Of a stretch of 64,000 nt of DNA, positions 59,571-64,000 are shown one piece after another. This stretch comes from Chiloscyllium plagiosum (lineage: Eukaryota): NCBI RefSeq assembly GCF_004010195.1, contig NC_057719.1, positions 71,874,055 through 71,938,054 on the forward strand. Direction: 5' to 3'. Below the pieces are notes generated by a model. It did not search any database. It was not told the DNA's origin and saw only the letters and a program-made list of their open reading frames with translations. The position numbers and the translations under genes were made by a program. Each line of letters starts with the position of its first letter. The first letter of the stretch is position 1.

Positions 59571-62500
59571 TACACAGTAAATAAGAATATTTATTAGTTT
59601 CTTTCCATGCCCAAGTAAAGATGATAAATTCGGTAGACCTAGGAGGAGAGATATTGGGTCTAATTTCATTTCGTCCTAATACCCTCCCTATCTCTTCCGC
59701 CACAGCACTGCAATAAACATGGAGCCTGTGGCATGTCCAGAAGCAATGAGTAAAAGTATGTACACTTATTTTACATTTGGAGCACATTGGAGATGCCCTT
59801 TCTTAAACTTTGCCAGACGGTCTGGTGCCAAATGAACCCTGTATAGAACTTTTAACTTCATAGCACATGTCCTATTACAGATTGAGATCTCTTGCGTGTT
59901 CTCCCATACGTCTTCCCATGTTTCAGAAATGATCTCCACTCCTAGTTCTTGCTCCCAAACCTCACATAACTGGTTAATGTCCTGTGAGGCCCTACCACCC
60001 AGCAGGCGATAGAGGGCACTAACTGAGAGGGTGCTTGCGGCACATAGCAGCAACCTTGCTGAATTGGGCTTATAGGGCTAAGTGGGAAGCGTAGCCTTCT
60101 TCTGGATGAAATCCCTAACCTGAAAAAAATGGAAACGATCTCTGCTGGGCAACCCATATTTGCGGCTCAGTTGCTTGAAAGACATCATAACCTCCCCCTC
60201 AAACAAGTCTCCCAAACTAGAAACTCCTCTCGCTGTCCAAGGTTTGAACCCTGAGTCCATCATCCCTGGTCGGAACCCCAGCATACCAACTATGGGAGTG
60301 AGTGGCGAAGTCTTGGATTAGTAATCCTCACTCTGACGCATCGCCCTCCATGCCTTGACCTTACTAATAATAATGGGGTTTTAGCAGTAGCCCATAACTG
60401 TCCTCATCTTATCCATAAACAACAGGTTAATAAGGGGGCACTTGCGTGGGAGGCCTCAATTCCAGCCATATTGAGCTGTATCATAACCTGCCCAATTGCA
60501 CATAAAGGACAGCAGGGAACTCAATTGATACCTCCTGATGTCTGGGAAATCAACTCCTCCCCATTCTTGAGGGAACTGCAATTTAGTAAGTTTGATGAGG
60601 GGCCACCCACGACGCCAGACAAAGGAACTAAACCAACATATAATTTGCCGCAGCATTGATCTGGGAAACATTATAGGGGAGCATATGCATGGGATAAAGC
60701 CCAAACGAGGCAGGACATTCATCTTAATAAAGGCTATTTGGTCTGACTACAAAATTGGAAGAGCCTCCCATCTCTGGAGATCCCATCTAATATTGTCAAG
60801 CAGGTGAGCAAAATTAGTCCGAAATAACTGATCAAACACAGGGGTAATAAAGATACCAAGGTGTCAAAAACCCACCCGCGACCACTTAAAGGGGAACCTA
60901 GGGCCATTTTCAATCTCTGGTACTTCCTTGAGGTTCCCCAAAGGCATAGCCTCCAACTTTGCAAAGTTGATCTTATATCCTGAAATAGCTCCAAATGAAT
61001 TAATACATCGTATCAGATGTGGTACAGAGGTCATCGGGTTCGATAAAAACCGAAGGACATCATCCGCATACAGTATAATCTTATGTGCCCTCGATCCCAC
61101 TTCCGAAGCGGTTATGTTGACACTCTGACGAATTGCCTCTGCCAGCGTGTCTATCACCAAAGTAAACAACAACGGTGCGAGGGGGCAGCCTTGATGACTA
61201 TCCCGCCAATCCTAAAGTTCCCGGACTTCATCCCATTGGTGATGACTGCTGCCAGAGGGTGGTGATATAAAACCTCCACCACCTAGCAAAGACCTCACCC
61301 AACCCAAACCGCTCTAAGACATAGAAGAGACATGGCCATCCCACCCAGTCAAGTGCTTTCTCTGTATCTAAGGAAATCACCAACCCCTGAATCGATTGTT
61401 GCTGACAAGCTTGAATCATTTTCAGCAACCTTCTAATATTATGAGAAAACCTACAGCCCCTTATAAAACCTGTCTGGTCTTCTTTGACAATATAGGGCAA
61501 CACCTTCTCCAATCTCAGCGCCAAAATCTTAGGCAGAATCTTAAAATCTGAATTTAATAGAGAGATGGGCCCCCTGTATGAGGCACAATCCTCAGGAACC
61601 TTCCCCTCCTTAAGAATGAGGGAAATATTAGCTTCTCTCAAAAATGGTGGTAGGCATTCATGCATATAGTAGTGATTGTACATCTCCAACATCGGCCCTG
61701 ACAGAGTCCCTATAAACCCCTTGTAAAACTCACCCGGGAGACCATCAGGGCCAGGCGCTTTCCCACTCTGAAGTTGCTTAGCTGCCTACTGTATTTCCTG
61801 AACCGTCAAGGGGGCATTAAGGTGAGAAGCCTGTTCCAAGTTTACCCCTGGGAGGTCCAGTTCTTAAAAAGGGCTTCCCACTTGGCCCATCCATCCTCAC
61901 AACTTTCAGACCAATACAATTCAGAGTAAAATCTCTGAAAAGCCTCATTAATTCTTCTGGCATCATATGTAAGGACCCCAGCGCTGTCTCTAACTGCAGT
62001 AAGGGATTGGGGAGCACGCTTTTTCCTCGTCAGCTACGCTAAATACTTCCGTGGCCTATCCCTATACTCAAGCAGCCTTTGTCTAGCAAAAAATAAGTTA
62101 TTTCTTGGTGGTTGGTGTAAGTATTGAATTCAAGGTAGTCTGAAGGGTCATGATCTGTTGTAGCTTGGTCACCACAGGCCTTGCAAAATGCGCGGCCTCA
62201 GCGGCTTTCAGCTGTGTCTCAAGTAGATGCTGCTGTTCCCCCTTCTGTCCTTTCTAGTTCGCCAAATACAAAACAACTAATCCCTTAGCAAAGGCCTTGG
62301 CGGTCTTCCATAACACAGACTAGCCGTGCCTGAGTTGATAATCAAGAATTCCTGAAACTCCCTCAAAAAGTATTCCACAAATTTGGGATCCTTAAGGAAA
62401 AAACAATCCAGATGCCAGTGTTGCAAACCTTGCCCCTCACTCTTGGCCTTAACCTCCAAATATACCGCCATGTGATTAGAGATAGCTATGTTCCCAATTT

Positions 62501-63151
62501 TACAACTCATAATCAAATCCAGAAGGGTCAACAGAGCCAAATAAAGATCAATTCTCATGTGACATTTATGTGAGTTTGAAATAAAGGCGAAGTCCCTGCC
62601 GGTAGGGTGAAACATCTACAAATATCCACCAGCCCCAACTCCTTGCATATGTCAGCCATCTGCTTGGCCTGCGAACAGGTAGTTGGAGGTCCACTAAGCA
62701 TCCTGTCCACTGTTGGATCCTAAAGGCAATTCAAATCCCCCCCCATAACAATATGCCGTGTTCCAAAGGCACTCAGCTTAGAAAAGGCACTAATCAAAAA
62801 TTTGAGAGGATGCGCCAGAGGACAGGAGATATTTAAAATGCCATATTCCTCCCCATGTATCAGGGCCTTAAGTATCACAAACCACCATTGCTCATTTTTC
62901 ACCTGCTCTAATAATGTGAACAGAAGATTTTTCTGGATAAGTACAGCCACTCCCCTACTTTTAGTAGTAAAGGATGAAAAGAATACCCAATCATAACCCC
63001 CCCCTGCTGTAAGCCCCATCATCAAGATGGGTTTCCTGTAACAGGGTGATATCAGCCTTTTCCCTCTTAAGGCTAGAAAGCACTTTTTTTCCTTTTAACA
63101 GGCGAATGACTTGATGTTCCAGATGCATCATTTAACAAGACACTTAGCCAT
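59571..63151 (-). mobile_element. L1-clade LINE ORF2 (APE endonuclease, RT, C-terminal Cys motif), disrupted, 3' end missing
   Basis: ATG at 63151; LLQETH, RGVAVLI, GGDLNC, PISLLNSDFKI, DQTGFI, LYADDVL, CSKC..THCFWTC. Putative inter-ORF spacer runs to the window end. Confidence 0.92.
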
Positions 63152-63450
63152 ATCCCCTTTCAGAGACCCTTGAACCCCCGGGAGGGAGAACACGGCTTGC
63201 AATGCACCGAGCACAAGTAAATGGTGACTCATAGAGTCACAGAATTATGTATACAAAAACTACTCTATGATAACTATAAACAACTATTGCTACCAAAAAA
63301 CTACAAAAAAACTATAAAACCTTGAACGGGAGACTCTCCCCCCTGCCCATAGGGGCACTCACTCTACCCATGTCCTCCTGCATAGTCCTTCAGGCCCGGA
63401 CTGTGCCCCAGCCTTGGGCAAAAGAAATAAACAAGGAGATGATCCTTAAG

Positions 63451-63754
63451 TCACAACCTTCTGACCAATACAATTCAGAGTAAAATCTATGAAAAACCTC
63501 ATTAATTCTTTTGGCATCATATGTAAGGACCCCAGCGCTGTTTCTAACTGCAGTAAGGGATTGGAGAGCACGCTTTTTCCTCGTCAGATATGCTAAATAC
63601 TTCCGTGGCCTATCCCCATACTCAAACAGCCTTTGTCTAGCAAAAAATAAGTTATTTCTTGGTGGTTGGTGTAAGTATTGAATTCAAGGTAGTCTGAAGG
63701 GTCGTGATCTGTTGTAGCTTGGTCACCAAAGGCCTTGCAAAATGTGCGGCCTCA
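63451..63754 (-). repeat. 304-bp duplicate of L1 ORF2 segment 61897-62200
   Basis: Colinear, high-identity direct repeat tcacaac...cggcctca. Confidence 0.92.
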
Positions 63755-64000
63755 CTACTAAAAAGAAGACAAAGTCAGGATAAGCAATCTGCCCATCCCC
63801 AGCATCATGTCACCCCTACTTGTGACTAAAAGAGAAAAAGAACAAAAAAAAGGGCACCCACAAAATTTCCCATGATAAAATCGAGATATAAAGATATAAT
63901 AGGAACACATAGTCCAAGATTTTTGGATTTTTTTAATTAATAGGGAAAGAGAAAAAAAGGGAAAAAGGAAAACACAGGGAAAGAAGGAAAAGAGGATGAA

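Overview
A repeat-dense eukaryotic window, intronic or intergenic. The repeat set (HE1-type tRNA/V-SINEs, CR1/HER1-type LINEs) points to an elasmobranch (shark) genome; this is an inference. I could not identify any intact host protein-coding gene, and every recognisable ORF is a disrupted transposon fragment. Contents: many CR1-group LINE fragments, one degenerate L1-clade ORF2, two large Neptune-type Penelope-like elements (PLEs; RT + Cys linker + GIY-YIG), Ty3/Gypsy remnants (one with Gmr1-type IN-RT-RH order, plus a solo LTR with TSD), PIF/Harbinger fossils, a TA-flanked MITE, a 43-bp minisatellite and two assembly gaps. The most striking pattern is more than a dozen minimal hammerhead-ribozyme-like motifs (CUGANGA-A-stem II-GAA-palindromic tetramer-H) in three different terminal-repeat families. 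Many sit in tiny (39-270 bp) insertions bracketed by 11-14 bp target-site duplications, some as fold-back hairpins pivoting on the ribozyme. One insertion has switched template inside the ribozyme and captured neighbouring genomic DNA. Weaker host signals are a recursive-splice-like site, a possible non-coding exon and RFX X-boxes. All boundaries were read by eye and are approximate unless a TSD defines them.
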